DNA from: an uncultured Bacteroides sp.
GTDB lineage: Bacteria > Bacteroidota > Bacteroidia > Bacteroidales > Bacteroidaceae
NCBI RefSeq assembly: GCF_910578895.1
Contig: NZ_CAJTSC010000010.1
Span: forward strand, 9,818-73,817
Length of the DNA stretch: 64,000 bases
Reading direction: 5' to 3'
Every line of letters begins with the position of its first letter. Position 1 is the first letter of the stretch. The position numbers and the translations under genes were made by a program. The notes under the pieces are model-generated. The model was not told the DNA's origin. It did not search any database and saw only the letters and a program-made list of their open reading frames with translations. Shown here one piece after another: positions 34,913-45,237 of the stretch.

Positions 34913-35788
34913 ATGAGACAGTTAATAAACGAACAACTTCAGATTTCGGAGTCCAACCCGATAAAGGCGCGTCGCTACGACTACGACCGCTTCTCCTATC
35001 CCTGGCACTTCCACAGCCAGTACGAGATAATCTATGTGGAGAAAAGCGGCGGGCTTTGCTTCGTGGGCGACTGCATCGAGCGCTTCTCCGAGGGGGATGT
35101 GGTGCTGCTTGGTCCCAACCTGCCCCATTACATGCGGAGCGACGATGCTTATCAGGGCGGCAATCCCCTGTTGCGGGTGCAGGGCACCATCATCCAGTTC
35201 GAGGAGAACTTCATGCAATACTCTTTCGACCGCTATCCGCAGTTCCGCCAGATACGGCTGCTGCTGGAGGAAGCCAAGCGGGGGGTACTCTTCCGTGCCG
35301 CTGCCGAAGCCGGCGACACGGTGCGCCGCCTGCTGTCCGCCTTTCCCGGACTGAAGGGCTTCTGCCAGCTGACCGGATTGCTGGAACTGCTGCAGGCGAT
35401 GGCGGTGTCTGCCCCGAAGAAACTACTGGCAAGCCCCTGCTACTACGAAAAGTTTCCCACGGCGGGCAACAAGCGGATTGATAAGATTATCTCTTTCATC
35501 AACAGCAATTACACCCGTCCCCTCAGGCTTGACGAGATGGCGGAAATGGCGAATATGAACAGCAGCGCCTTCTGCCGTTTCTTCAAGGAAGCTACGGAGA
35601 AGACCTTCCTGCAATATGTGGCGGACATGCGCATAGGCTACGCGTGCAAGCTGCTCGCCATCGGCGACATGGAGGTGGCGCAGATAGCCGTGGAGTGCGG
35701 GTTCGATGCCATTTCGCACTTCAACCGCACCTTCAAGCAACTGACGGGGATGACGCCTACGCAGTACAGGAGCCAGATCATGAAATAG
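34913..35788 (+). CDS. AraC-family transcriptional regulator (cupin + HTH)
   Basis: N-terminal cupin-like segment (WHFHSQYEIIYV). C-terminal AraC HTH (MNSSAFCRFFKE...ECGFDAISHFNRTFKQLTGMTPTQYR). Start trimmed to MRQLINEQ. Confidence 0.8.
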   Translation: MRQLINEQLQISESNPIKARRYDYDRFSYPWHFHSQYEIIYVEKSGGLCFVGDCIERFSEGDVVLLGPNLPHYMRSDDAYQGGNPLLRVQGTIIQFEENFMQYSFDRYPQFRQIRLLLEEAKRGVLFRAAAEAGDTVRRLLSAFPGLKGFCQLTGLLELLQAMAVSAPKKLLASPCYYEKFPTAGNKRIDKIISFINSNYTRPLRLDEMAEMANMNSSAFCRFFKEATEKTFLQYVADMRIGYACKLLAIGDMEVAQIAVECGFDAISHFNRTFKQLTGMTPTQYRSQIMK

Positions 35789-35789
35789 C

Positions 35790-37229
35790 TTACATCCCGA
35801 ACGCAACCTTCCCGATTGCCTGGTACACCCCGCCGGCTATGCTCAGCAGCACGATGCCCAGCGTGCAGACGGCAAGTCCGGCACGTGTGTAATTGTCGCT
35901 GCGGAAAGCGGGGATAGGTTCATCGCTCTTGTTGATGTACATTGCCTTTACCACCTTCAGGTAGTAGTAGAGCGACAGCACCGTGTTGACCAGCGCGATG
36001 AACACCAGCAGGTGGAAACCACTTTGGAATGCCGCCGCAAAGATGAAGAACTTCGAGAAGAAGCCCGCGAACGGCGGGATGCCTGCCAGCGAGAACAAGG
36101 AGAGCGTCAACAGGAAAGCCACTTTGGGATTGGTGGCATACAGTCCGTTGTAGTCTTCCAGCGTGAACTTGTGGGCGCGCAACGCCACTATCGTGATGAC
36201 GGTGAAGACGGCAAGGTTGGCAAACAGGTAAATCAGCACATAATACACCAGCGATGTCATGCCCAGCGACGTCCCGCTGATGACACCCAGCATGATGTAT
36301 CCCGCCTGCGAAATGCTGGAGAACGCCATCAGCCGTTTCAGGTTCTCCTGGCGCAGCGCAAAGAGGTTGGCAAGCGTGATGGAGGCGATGATGACCCAGT
36401 AGAGCGTTTCCTGCCATTGTGCCGCCATCGGTGCGAACACCTTGTAGAGGATGGTCATCAGCACGAACGCCGCAGCGCCTTTGGATATGACGCTCAGATA
36501 GGCGGTTACCGTGCTCGGGGCGCCTTCGTAAACGTCTGCCGTCCACAGGTGGAAGGGCACCAGCGAGATTTTAAATCCCATGCCCGAGAAGAAGAATACG
36601 AACGCCATGACCTGCAACGGGTTGCCGTCCAGATGTGCCGGGATGTCGGCAAAGTAGAGCGTGCCTGCCGTGCCGTATATCAGCGAAATGCCGTAGAGCA
36701 GCAGCCCGCTGGAGAAGAGTGCGGTAAGGATGTACTTGGCACCCGCTTCGGCAGAGTGGTGGCGGTACTTATCGAACGCCACCAGCGCCGCCATCGGGAT
36801 GCTGGCTGTCTCCAGCCCGATGAAGAACATCAGGAAGTGACCGGCGGAAATCATCAGATACATGCCTAAGAGCGTGGAGAGCGTCAGCACGTAGAACTCG
36901 CCCTGCTTGATTGCCGTATCGGGAAGACGCATCCACTCGTGCGCCATCAGGAAGACGATGAGCGTGCCCACGCTGAGAATGGACTTGACGATGCTCTGTA
37001 TCGGCTGGTTGTGGTACATGCCGCCGAAAGCGTCGGCTGCCTCGCCGGGGACAATGGTGATGAACGTATGGATGATGAGCAGGGCGATGGGCAGCATGGT
37101 GTTCAGCACCGGCTTGCCGTCATTCTTATGCGCGTCCGGACTCATGAAGAGGTCGGCTACGAACAGGATAACGATAACGGCTATCAGCGACAGCTCTTCT
37201 TTCATTAGGAGAAATTGGGAGTAATCCAT
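35790..37229 (-). CDS. nuoN: NADH-quinone oxidoreductase subunit N
   Basis: 479-aa antiporter-like polytopic protein, last gene of the nuo cluster. Confidence 0.9.
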   Translation of the reverse strand: MDYSQFLLMKEELSLIAVIVILFVADLFMSPDAHKNDGKPVLNTMLPIALLIIHTFITIVPGEAADAFGGMYHNQPIQSIVKSILSVGTLIVFLMAHEWMRLPDTAIKQGEFYVLTLSTLLGMYLMISAGHFLMFFIGLETASIPMAALVAFDKYRHHSAEAGAKYILTALFSSGLLLYGISLIYGTAGTLYFADIPAHLDGNPLQVMAFVFFFSGMGFKISLVPFHLWTADVYEGAPSTVTAYLSVISKGAAAFVLMTILYKVFAPMAAQWQETLYWVIIASITLANLFALRQENLKRLMAFSSISQAGYIMLGVISGTSLGMTSLVYYVLIYLFANLAVFTVITIVALRAHKFTLEDYNGLYATNPKVAFLLTLSLFSLAGIPPFAGFFSKFFIFAAAFQSGFHLLVFIALVNTVLSLYYYLKVVKAMYINKSDEPIPAFRSDNYTRAGLAVCTLGIVLLSIAGGVYQAIGKVAFGM

Positions 37230-37266
37230 GGGTGTGAATTATGAATTGTGAATTTTGAATTATGGG
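37230..37266. repeat. Short heptamer tract (TGAATTN) in the nuoM-nuoN spacer
   Basis: Reads gtgtgaattatgaattgtgaattttgaattatggg. Confidence 0.6.
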
Positions 37267-38748
37267 TTATTGGAAGAGGGTGGTTATGGGGAGGACGCTC
37301 TCTCCGATCATGTTGCTTATCCACAGCGGGGCGATGCCCAGGCATGCCACGCAGGCGATAAGGATGATGACGGCGGTGCGCTCGTCCCAGGTGGCGTCGG
37401 TCAGCGCCAGGTGGTGCTTGTCGGTGCATGTGCCGTAGAGGATTTTGCCCACAAGGCGGAGAATGTAGACTGCGGTAATCACGATGCTTGTGCAGGCAAT
37501 GACGGTCCATGCGCGGTGGAAGGTGTCGGGATGCTGGAAAGCGCCGTTGAAGATGGTCATTTCGGCAACGAAACCGCTGAGCCCCGGCAGCCCGAGGTTG
37601 GCAAGTCCGGCAATGACGTAAGACACCGCCAGGAAAGGCATGACCTTCATCAGCCCGCTAAGCTCGCGCACGTCCCGCGTGTGTGTCCGTCCGTAAATCA
37701 TGCCGATAAGGGCGAAGAACAGGGCGGTCATCAGCCCGTGCGACAGCATCTGCAACACCGCGCCCGTGCAGGCGGTGCGGTTCATCATCAGGATGGCAAA
37801 AAGCACCAGTCCGCAGTGCGACACGGAGGAGTAGGCGTTGATGTATTTCAAGTCGGTCTGCACGCAGGCGGAGAGCGCGCCGTACACTACGGAAATGCCC
37901 GTCAGCACGAGGAATATCCAGCCAAGCTCCTGTGCGGCTTCGGGCATCAGGTACATGGCGATGCGGAAACATCCGTATCCGCCCAGTTTCATCAGTACGC
38001 CGGCATGCAGCATGGATACGGCAGTCGGTGCGGATGCGTGGCCGTCGGGGCTCCAGGTGTGGAAGGGGAACAGCGCGCCCAGCACGCCGAAGCCGAGGAA
38101 GGTGAGCGGGAACCAGATGCGTTGCTGCTCGACGGGGATGCTGTGCAGCCGGGCTATCTCCAACAGGTTCATGGTGGTGGCGCCGCTGCCGAAGTAGATG
38201 CCCAGGATGCCGATGAGCAGGAAAGCGGAGCCGCCCATCAGCATCAGCGTCAGCTTCATGGCGGCGTACTCCTTGCGTCCCGAACCCCATACGCCAATCA
38301 GCAGGTACATCGGGATGAGCGCCACCTCGTAGAACATGAACATGGTGAACAGGTCGGTGGAGATAAAGAAACCGAATACGCCCATCGACAGCAGGGTGAA
38401 CCACAGGAAATACTCTTTGGTGAGCGGTTGCAGGCGCCAGGAGGCGAACGTTCCCGTAAAGACGATGATGGCGGAGAGCAGCAGCATGGCTACCGAAATG
38501 CCGTCTACGCCTACGGAGTAGTGGATGTTGAGCGCCGGATACCAGGCGGTGTCCGCACGGAACAGCATTTCGTCCGCGGCTCCGCCCTGGCGGGCTTGCA
38601 GGTAGGCGACGGTCAGCCCCACGGCGGCAACGAGCAATGCCGATGCGCCGGTCACCATCACCGCACGTATCTGCGCGATGTTGCGGCTGAGCCAAAGCCC
38701 CAATAGCATCAGCAGGGGAATGAATACAAATATGGATAAGAAGTTCAT
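37267..38748 (-). CDS. nuoM: NADH-quinone oxidoreductase subunit M
   Basis: 493-aa antiporter-like subunit in the conserved nuo order. Confidence 0.9.
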   Translation of the reverse strand: MNFLSIFVFIPLLMLLGLWLSRNIAQIRAVMVTGASALLVAAVGLTVAYLQARQGGAADEMLFRADTAWYPALNIHYSVGVDGISVAMLLLSAIIVFTGTFASWRLQPLTKEYFLWFTLLSMGVFGFFISTDLFTMFMFYEVALIPMYLLIGVWGSGRKEYAAMKLTLMLMGGSAFLLIGILGIYFGSGATTMNLLEIARLHSIPVEQQRIWFPLTFLGFGVLGALFPFHTWSPDGHASAPTAVSMLHAGVLMKLGGYGCFRIAMYLMPEAAQELGWIFLVLTGISVVYGALSACVQTDLKYINAYSSVSHCGLVLFAILMMNRTACTGAVLQMLSHGLMTALFFALIGMIYGRTHTRDVRELSGLMKVMPFLAVSYVIAGLANLGLPGLSGFVAEMTIFNGAFQHPDTFHRAWTVIACTSIVITAVYILRLVGKILYGTCTDKHHLALTDATWDERTAVIILIACVACLGIAPLWISNMIGESVLPITTLFQ

Positions 38749-38890
38749 GATGATTTCAGATTTATGATTTCAGATTTCAGAATTATCAATTGTCAACTAC
38801 TAATTGTGAATTACTAACTGTCAGCTACTAACTGTCATTTATCAACTGTCAGCTGTTGACTGTCATTTACCAACTATCGACTATTAACTA
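38749..38890. repeat. About 20 consecutive A/T-rich heptamers filling the whole nuoL-nuoM spacer
   Basis: Units read atttcag atttatg atttcag atttcag aattatc aattgtc aactact aattgtg aattact aactgtc agctact aactgtc atttatc aactgtc agctgtt gactgtc atttacc aactatc gactatt aactatc aactgtt. Confidence 0.8.
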
Positions 38891-40795
38891 TCAACTGTTA
38901 AGTAGCAGCAGTATCAGCACCAGCGTACCCAGCAGGAATACGAACGTGTATTGCTGGATGCGTCCGCTTTGCAGCCCGCGTATCTCGTCGCTGGCGGCGT
39001 TGGCACCCCAGGCAAGGAAATCGAAGAAGCCGTCCACCACATGACGGTCCCACCACGCGATGGGGCGGCTGATGCAACCGAAGATGATGCGGTGGGTGAT
39101 GAACTGGTAGGCTTCATCGAGGTAGAACCGGTGATAGGCGGCAGTCCACAAACCGTTGAAACGGCGGGCAAGCGCATCGGCAACCGGTTGTTTCTCGCCC
39201 TTATACATGTAAGTGGCACACGCTATGGAGACCACGGCAACGGCAATGCTTGTACCGGCAACGCCCCAATCGAGGTGGATGGCGTATGCCTCGCCGTTGG
39301 AACTGACGAAGTGTCCGAAGGGAATAAATCCGGCAACCACCGTCACTGCGGCAAGGAACATCAGGGGGAGGGTCATTGCCAACGGGCTTTCGTGGGGCGT
39401 GTGGCTGTGGCGGCTCTCACCGTCCGCCAGCTTCGCTTCGCTTCCCCAGAAGATGCCGTAATACAACCGGAACATGTAGAAAGCGGTCATTGCGGCAATC
39501 ACTGTCATAATCCAGCCCATCGCGGGGCTGAACCGGAAGCATGCCGTCAGTATCTCGTCTTTGGAGAAGAAGCCCGAGAACGGGGGGATGCCGGCAATGG
39601 CAAGGCAGGCTATCAGGAAAGTGATGTGCGTGACCGGCATGTACTTGCGCAGCCCGCCCATGGCGGACATTTCGTTGCTGTGTACCGCATGGATGATGCT
39701 GCCCGCACCGAGAAACAGCAGCGCCTTGAACATGGCGTGCGTAAACAGGTGGAACATGCCTGCCATATAGCCCAATCCGCCTTCGTGCGGGTCGGTGGAA
39801 GTGCATACGCCGAGCGCCACCATCATAAAGCCTATCTGCGAAATGGTGGAGAAGGCAAGCACGCGCTTGATGTCGCTCTGCACGCACGCCACAGCGGCGG
39901 CATAGAGTGCGGTGAACGCGCCTACGTATGCCACGAGGTGCAGCACTTGGGGGGCATAGCCGATGAACAGCGGAAACATGCGCGCCACCAGATATACGCC
40001 TGCCACCACCATTGTGGCGGCATGAATCAGTGCGCTGACCGGCGTAGGACCTTCCATGGCATCGGGCAGCCAGATGTGCAGCGGGAACATGGCGCTCTTG
40101 CCCGCACCGCCGATGAACATCAGTCCCAACGCCAACGGAATCATGGCGGCACCGCCTTTCAGCAGCGCCATTTCATCGGGCTGGAAGGTATACGTTCCGG
40201 CGTAGTAGCCATAGACCAGGATACCTATCAGGAAGCCCAGGTCGGCAAAGCGGGTCACGATAAACGCTTTCTTGCTGGCGGCGATTGCCGCGGGTTTCGT
40301 GTAGTAGAAACCAATCAGCAGGTAGGAAGAGACGCCCACCAACTCCCAGAACAGGTACATCTGGAAGATGTTGGTTGCCACCACCAGCCCGAGCATGGAC
40401 ATCGTGAAGAGCGAGAGGAAAGCATAATAGCGTTGGAAGCCGCGCTCACCTTTCATGTAGCCGAAGGAGTAGAGGTGCACCATGAATGAAACGGTGCTGA
40501 TGACAATGAGCATCATCACCGATATGGGGTCGAGCAAGATGCCCAAATCGATGCTGAGCGACGGCGTGAAAGGTAACCATGTGCAGTTGTAGGGCATCAG
40601 CACGGCATACGTGCCGTCTGCCTGCCGGGGTGCGGTGAAATATTGTATGGCGGTGAGGTAGGAGAGCATCGCCACTACACCCAGCGCAGCCGTACCGATA
40701 AGTCCGGCGGTGCGGTGCGACATCCATTTGCCGCCCAGTCCCAGCACAAGGAACGAGAGCAAAGGAAGAAGAAGGATTAGAATCGTATATTCCAT
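38891..40795 (-). CDS. nuoL: NADH-quinone oxidoreductase subunit L
   Basis: 634-aa antiporter-like subunit with a long C-terminal extension. Confidence 0.9.
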   Translation of the reverse strand: MEYTILILLLPLLSFLVLGLGGKWMSHRTAGLIGTAALGVVAMLSYLTAIQYFTAPRQADGTYAVLMPYNCTWLPFTPSLSIDLGILLDPISVMMLIVISTVSFMVHLYSFGYMKGERGFQRYYAFLSLFTMSMLGLVVATNIFQMYLFWELVGVSSYLLIGFYYTKPAAIAASKKAFIVTRFADLGFLIGILVYGYYAGTYTFQPDEMALLKGGAAMIPLALGLMFIGGAGKSAMFPLHIWLPDAMEGPTPVSALIHAATMVVAGVYLVARMFPLFIGYAPQVLHLVAYVGAFTALYAAAVACVQSDIKRVLAFSTISQIGFMMVALGVCTSTDPHEGGLGYMAGMFHLFTHAMFKALLFLGAGSIIHAVHSNEMSAMGGLRKYMPVTHITFLIACLAIAGIPPFSGFFSKDEILTACFRFSPAMGWIMTVIAAMTAFYMFRLYYGIFWGSEAKLADGESRHSHTPHESPLAMTLPLMFLAAVTVVAGFIPFGHFVSSNGEAYAIHLDWGVAGTSIAVAVVSIACATYMYKGEKQPVADALARRFNGLWTAAYHRFYLDEAYQFITHRIIFGCISRPIAWWDRHVVDGFFDFLAWGANAASDEIRGLQSGRIQQYTFVFLLGTLVLILLLLNS

Positions 40796-40799
40796 ATTA

Positions 40800-41108
40800 T
40801 TACCATTTGAGTTCGTCCAGCTTGTTTACCTGGATGGAACGTATGTTACGATAGATGTTGATCATGATGGCGATTGCCACCGCTGTTTCGGCTGCCGAGA
40901 TAGCAATGGAGAACAGGGAGAAGAAATAACCTTCCAGTCCGCCGGGAAACAGAAAACGGTTGAATACCGCGAAGTTGATGTCCGTGGCGTTCAGTATCAA
41001 CTCGATTGAAATCAATATCGCCAACGTGTTGCGGCGGGTAAAGAACCCGTAGATGCCGGCGAAAAACATGATAGCAGAGACTATCAGGTAGTATTCCATG
41101 TGAATCAT
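40800..41108 (-). CDS. nuoK: NADH-quinone oxidoreductase subunit K
   Basis: 102 aa with three TM helices. An alternative Met start lies at 41099. Confidence 0.9.
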   Translation of the reverse strand: MIHMEYYLIVSAIMFFAGIYGFFTRRNTLAILISIELILNATDINFAVFNRFLFPGGLEGYFFSLFSIAISAAETAVAIAIMINIYRNIRSIQVNKLDELKW

Positions 41109-41374
41109 GTGGAGAAGAAGTTTTAAATTTCAGATTTCAGATTTTAGATTTCAAACTTTAGAACCTTATAATTTTAGATTTCTGGAGTTCAGATTTCAGA
41201 TTTCAACTTTCAACTTTCGACTTTTGACTTTCGACTTTCGACTTTCGACTTTATGATGCCGTACATATATTCTATTATTCAATATGTACTCTATGTGGCT
41301 GTTATATACAGCCGGTTCACACAGCGTAGCCAAATCAGAAATCTAAAATCTGAACTCTGAAATCCTGAAACTCT
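41109..41374. repeat. 266-bp heptamer-repeat spacer between nuoJ and nuoK, including (TTTCRAC) x7
   Basis: ATTTYAR heptamers run from 41127 to 41161. At 41201-41249 the units are tttcaac tttcaac tttcgac ttttgac tttcgac tttcgac tttcgac. Inverted aaatcagaaatctaaaatctgaa lies near 41335-41370. Confidence 0.8.
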
Positions 41375-41887
41375 TCATCGTTTACGTGCTATTAACAGTC
41401 CGCCTACGATGCATGCCAGCAACAGGATGCTGACGGCTTCGAAAGGCAGCAGGTATCCGTATTTGTCGCCGCTCAGCATGTGGTGCCCGATGGTCTTGAT
41501 GTTGACTTCGAGGGGCTCTACATCGGTGGTGGCGATGAATTTATGTTTCAGGGTTATGAACAGTACGATGACGGCCCCTGCTATGGTGGTGCCCAGTCCG
41601 GCAAGGAACTTGCTGCGTTTCAGTTTTCCTGCCATGTCGCCTTCGCCGCTGGTGAGCAGGATGGAGAACACGTAGAGCACGACGATGCCCCCTGCATACA
41701 CCATAATCTGCACGGAACCGAGGAAAGTGTATCCCAGCAGGAAGTAGATGCCTGCCGTGCCGAACAGTACGAACAGCAGGTAGGTGGCGGAGCGTACCAT
41801 GCGCTGGGTGGTTACCGTCAGTATGGAGAAGACGGTGATGAAAGCCGCAAGGAAGTAAAATACTATTGTTTCAAGATTAAATTCCAT
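41375..41887 (-). CDS. nuoJ: NADH-quinone oxidoreductase subunit J
   Basis: 170-aa five-TM protein in the conserved position. Confidence 0.9.
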   Translation of the reverse strand: MEFNLETIVFYFLAAFITVFSILTVTTQRMVRSATYLLFVLFGTAGIYFLLGYTFLGSVQIMVYAGGIVVLYVFSILLTSGEGDMAGKLKRSKFLAGLGTTIAGAVIVLFITLKHKFIATTDVEPLEVNIKTIGHHMLSGDKYGYLLPFEAVSILLLACIVGGLLIARKR

Positions 41888-41919
41888 GTTGTTGATTGCT
41901 GTTGGTTATAAGTGATTGG

Positions 41920-42423
41920 TTACTTGACCGCTTCGGGCTGCGGAGCGGCGGGTTTCTTCTTCTCTTCTACACGGCTGCCCGGACGGTTCAGGGTCAACAC
42001 CAGTTTGCTGCGGTCGAACACGGCATGCTCGAAGTTACGGTCGAAGGTGATGGCTCCGTGCGGACAGGCGTTGACGCAAAGCTGGCAGAACATGCACGAG
42101 CCGAGGTCGTATTCGTACGTGGCAAGTATTTTCTTTTTCTTGCCGTCTTCCGTTTCTATCGTCCGGCTTGTCACCTTGATGGTGTCGTTGGGGCAAGCCG
42201 TCTGGCACAGACCGCAGGCAATGCAGTGATGCTCGTTCTGCCCGTTGTGGGGCATTGCCAGCGTGCCCCGGAAGCGTTCGGAGAGTATCAGCGTCTTCCG
42301 GTTTTCGGGATACTGTTCGGTGGTTTTCTTCCGGCAGAAAACGGCCATCGTGGTTTTCATGCCCGTCAGCAGGGATGCGATGCCGTGTACAAGGCTGCCT
42401 ATGTAAGAGTTGTTGTCTTTCAT
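41920..42423 (-). CDS. nuoI: NADH-quinone oxidoreductase subunit I (2x[4Fe-4S])
   Basis: ORF 41920..42957 trimmed to MKDNNSYIGS. Contains CIACGLCQTACP and CMFCQLCVNACP ferredoxin motifs. The upstream part of the ORF overlaps nuoH in another frame. Confidence 0.88.
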   Translation of the reverse strand: MKDNNSYIGSLVHGIASLLTGMKTTMAVFCRKKTTEQYPENRKTLILSERFRGTLAMPHNGQNEHHCIACGLCQTACPNDTIKVTSRTIETEDGKKKKILATYEYDLGSCMFCQLCVNACPHGAITFDRNFEHAVFDRSKLVLTLNRPGSRVEEKKKPAAPQPEAVK

Positions 42424-42482
42424 TGCTTTTGTCTTTATTGAGTTTATCCGTAGGAAAGTCCTGTTCCGGTGCTGTGCCGGAT

Positions 42483-43559
42483 TTAGAAATGCAGTTCCAA
42501 TACTACGGTCAATACCATTAAAATCAGGTTCACCATGCTGATGGGGACCAGGTATTTCCATTCGAGGTTCAGAATCTGGTCGATGCGCAGGCGGGGGAAT
42601 GTCCACTTTATCCACATCAGCAGGAATACCACGAAGAATGCCTTGCCGAAGAACCACACAAAACCCGGAATGTAGTCCATTGCCGCGTTGAAGCCGTCCA
42701 GCCCGGCAATGTGCAGCGGCATCCAGCCACCCAGGAAGATGGTGGAGGCTATGCCTGCCACGATGAACAGGTTCAGGAACTCCGCCAGGTAGAAGAAACC
42801 GAAACCCATGCCGGAGTATTCCGTATGGTAACCCGCTGTCAGCTCGCTTTCCGCCTCGGGCAGGTCGAACGGGCCGCGGTTGGTCTCCGCATTGCCTGCA
42901 ATCAGGTAGATGATGAAAGCTATCGCGGCGGGGATGTGTCCTTTGAAGATGAACCATCCGTCGGCTTGCGCGGCTACGATTTCGGAGAACTGCATCGTGC
43001 CCATCAGCACCACCATTGTCAGGATGCTCAGTCCGCAGGATAGTTCGTAGCTGATGATTTGCGCGCCGCTCCGCATGGCTCCGATAAGCGAGAACTTGTT
43101 GTTGGAGCTCCAGCCGGCAAGCAGGATGCCTACCACGCCGATGCTCGAAGCGGCAAGCAGGAAGAAGACGCCCACATTGAAGTCCAGCACTTCCAGCCCC
43201 TTGCTGACGGGCAGGCAGGCAAATGTGAGGAACGAGGCGATAATGACCATGAAGGGCGCCAGGTTATAGAGAAGCCTGTCGGAGAATTTCAGGTCGATGA
43301 TTTCCTTGGTCAGCATCTTAATGACGTCGCAGGGCACTTGGAGCAATCCCCATTTTCCTACGCGCATCGGGCCGAGGCGGCATTGGAAGAAAGCGCATAT
43401 CTTGCGCTCCATGTAGATAAGGATGATGGCAAGCACCGCATACATCAGGATGATGCATACGCCTATCGCCACACATTCGAGAAACACCGCCAACCCTTCC
43501 GGCATGAGAGAGGTCAGCAGCCGGTGAATCCAATTGGTTACTATACTAAAGTCAAACAT
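42483..43559 (-). CDS. nuoH: NADH-quinone oxidoreductase subunit H
   Basis: 358-aa NuoH/ND1-like protein ([13 protein letters not shown] motif). Confidence 0.9.
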   Translation of the reverse strand: MFDFSIVTNWIHRLLTSLMPEGLAVFLECVAIGVCIILMYAVLAIILIYMERKICAFFQCRLGPMRVGKWGLLQVPCDVIKMLTKEIIDLKFSDRLLYNLAPFMVIIASFLTFACLPVSKGLEVLDFNVGVFFLLAASSIGVVGILLAGWSSNNKFSLIGAMRSGAQIISYELSCGLSILTMVVLMGTMQFSEIVAAQADGWFIFKGHIPAAIAFIIYLIAGNAETNRGPFDLPEAESELTAGYHTEYSGMGFGFFYLAEFLNLFIVAGIASTIFLGGWMPLHIAGLDGFNAAMDYIPGFVWFFGKAFFVVFLLMWIKWTFPRLRIDQILNLEWKYLVPISMVNLILMVLTVVLELHF

Positions 43560-43609
43560 AATCTTGTTTTTAATGTGTTAATGCACATTCATCTGCACAT
43601 AATTGGTCA

Positions 43610-45202
43610 TTATCTGTCGATATCCGGCACTACGTAGTCCAAGGTTCCGCCGATGGCGATAAGGTCGGCAATCTTTGCGCCGCGGCATATCGTGTCTACG
43701 GTAGACACCAGCGGAAGCCCCGTGCTGCGGAAGTGCAGGCGGTAGGGCGTTTTGTCGCCACGGCTTTCAAGGAACACGCCGAACTCGCCGCGGCTGCCTT
43801 CTACGGCGGCGTAGTAGCTGCCTTCGGGCACGCGGATAATCGGTTTCGTCTTCTCTTGGTATGCGCCTTCGGGGATGTTGTCTATCAGCTGCTCGATGAT
43901 TTTCAGGCTTTCCATGATTTCATCCATACGGATGAGGTAGCGTGCCCAGGAGTCGCCCTCGTTGCGTACAATCTCTTTGAAGTCCGTCTTGCCATATACG
44001 CCGTAAGGCATGCGCTTGCGCACATCGCACGCCCAGCCGCTGGCACGGCCTGTGCCGCCGGTGGCGCCGAAAGCTATGGCGTCTTCGCGTGACAGGATGC
44101 CTACGCCCTTCAGGCGTTGCTGCGCGATGATGTTTCCCGTAAACACATCGTGATATTCGTGCAGGATGCCGCGCAGGTAGGGAATGAATGCTTTTACTTT
44201 CTTCTGGAAGTCGGGAGCGATGTCGGCTTGCACGCCGCCAATCGTGTTGTAGTTCATGATGAGCCGTCCGCCGCAAGTCCCTTCAAAGATATCCAGGATT
44301 TTCTCGCGGTCGCGGAAGCCGTAGAAGAATGCGGTCAGCGCGCCGAGGTCCATTGCCAGGCAGGAGTAGAAAAGCAGGTGGGAGTCTATGCGTTGCAGCT
44401 CGTCCATGATGGTGCGGATGTACTGCACGCGCTCGCTCACCTCTATGCCCATGGCCTTTTCGATGCACATGCACAGGGCATGGCGGTTCTGGTGGGCGCC
44501 CAGATAGTCCAGCCGGTCGGTCAGCGCCAGCGTCTGCGGGTATGTCAGGCTTTCGCACATCTTCTCGATGCCCCGGTGGATATATCCGCAATTGGCATCG
44601 ATTTTCTCGATGGTCTCGCCTTCCAGCGATACGCGGAAGCGCATTACGCCGTGGGTTGCGGGGTGTTGCGGTCCGATGTTCACCACATATTCATCGTCGC
44701 CGAAGAGTTGCGACTCTTTGTTCCTTACCGTTCCGTCCGGGTTGAGTTTCAACTCGGTAGTGGTGTCGATGGTCTCCTCATTGTCCATGCGCAGCGGGTT
44801 CTGTGCTTCCGGGTCGTCGTCTTTGCGCAGCGGGTGGCCCACCCAGTCGTTGCGCAGGTAGAGGCGTCGCATGTCGGGATGCCCGATGAAAACCACGCCG
44901 TAGAAGTCGAATACTTCACGCTCCAGGAAGTCGGCGGCTTTCCAGATATCGCACACGGAGGGGATTTCGGGGTGTTCGCGGTCGAGGGTGGCGGTACGTA
45001 CCGCAATCCGCCTGCCGGTGACCGTAGACTCCAGCTGATAGACCGCGCCAAGCCCGCGGGGAGTATCGGGAGTGTCTTTGTCGGCGTCAGGTTCGCCCCA
45101 GTCCATGCCGGTAAGGCATTCCAGGAAGTCCATCTGTTCTTCTTGCCGCAGGCGCAGCATTTCGTCGTGCAAGGCTGCGGGTTCTATATATCTTATTTCC
45201 AT
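43610..45202 (-). CDS. nuoCD: NADH-quinone oxidoreductase subunit C/D fusion
   Basis: 530 aa with an N-terminal NuoC-like part and a C-terminal NuoD-like part (GPQHPATHGV ... DIDR). Confidence 0.9.
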   Translation of the reverse strand: MEIRYIEPAALHDEMLRLRQEEQMDFLECLTGMDWGEPDADKDTPDTPRGLGAVYQLESTVTGRRIAVRTATLDREHPEIPSVCDIWKAADFLEREVFDFYGVVFIGHPDMRRLYLRNDWVGHPLRKDDDPEAQNPLRMDNEETIDTTTELKLNPDGTVRNKESQLFGDDEYVVNIGPQHPATHGVMRFRVSLEGETIEKIDANCGYIHRGIEKMCESLTYPQTLALTDRLDYLGAHQNRHALCMCIEKAMGIEVSERVQYIRTIMDELQRIDSHLLFYSCLAMDLGALTAFFYGFRDREKILDIFEGTCGGRLIMNYNTIGGVQADIAPDFQKKVKAFIPYLRGILHEYHDVFTGNIIAQQRLKGVGILSREDAIAFGATGGTGRASGWACDVRKRMPYGVYGKTDFKEIVRNEGDSWARYLIRMDEIMESLKIIEQLIDNIPEGAYQEKTKPIIRVPEGSYYAAVEGSRGEFGVFLESRGDKTPYRLHFRSTGLPLVSTVDTICRGAKIADLIAIGGTLDYVVPDIDR

Positions 45203-45237
45203 AATTTATAGCGTTTGATGGGGGTGGCGGGTGCCGG

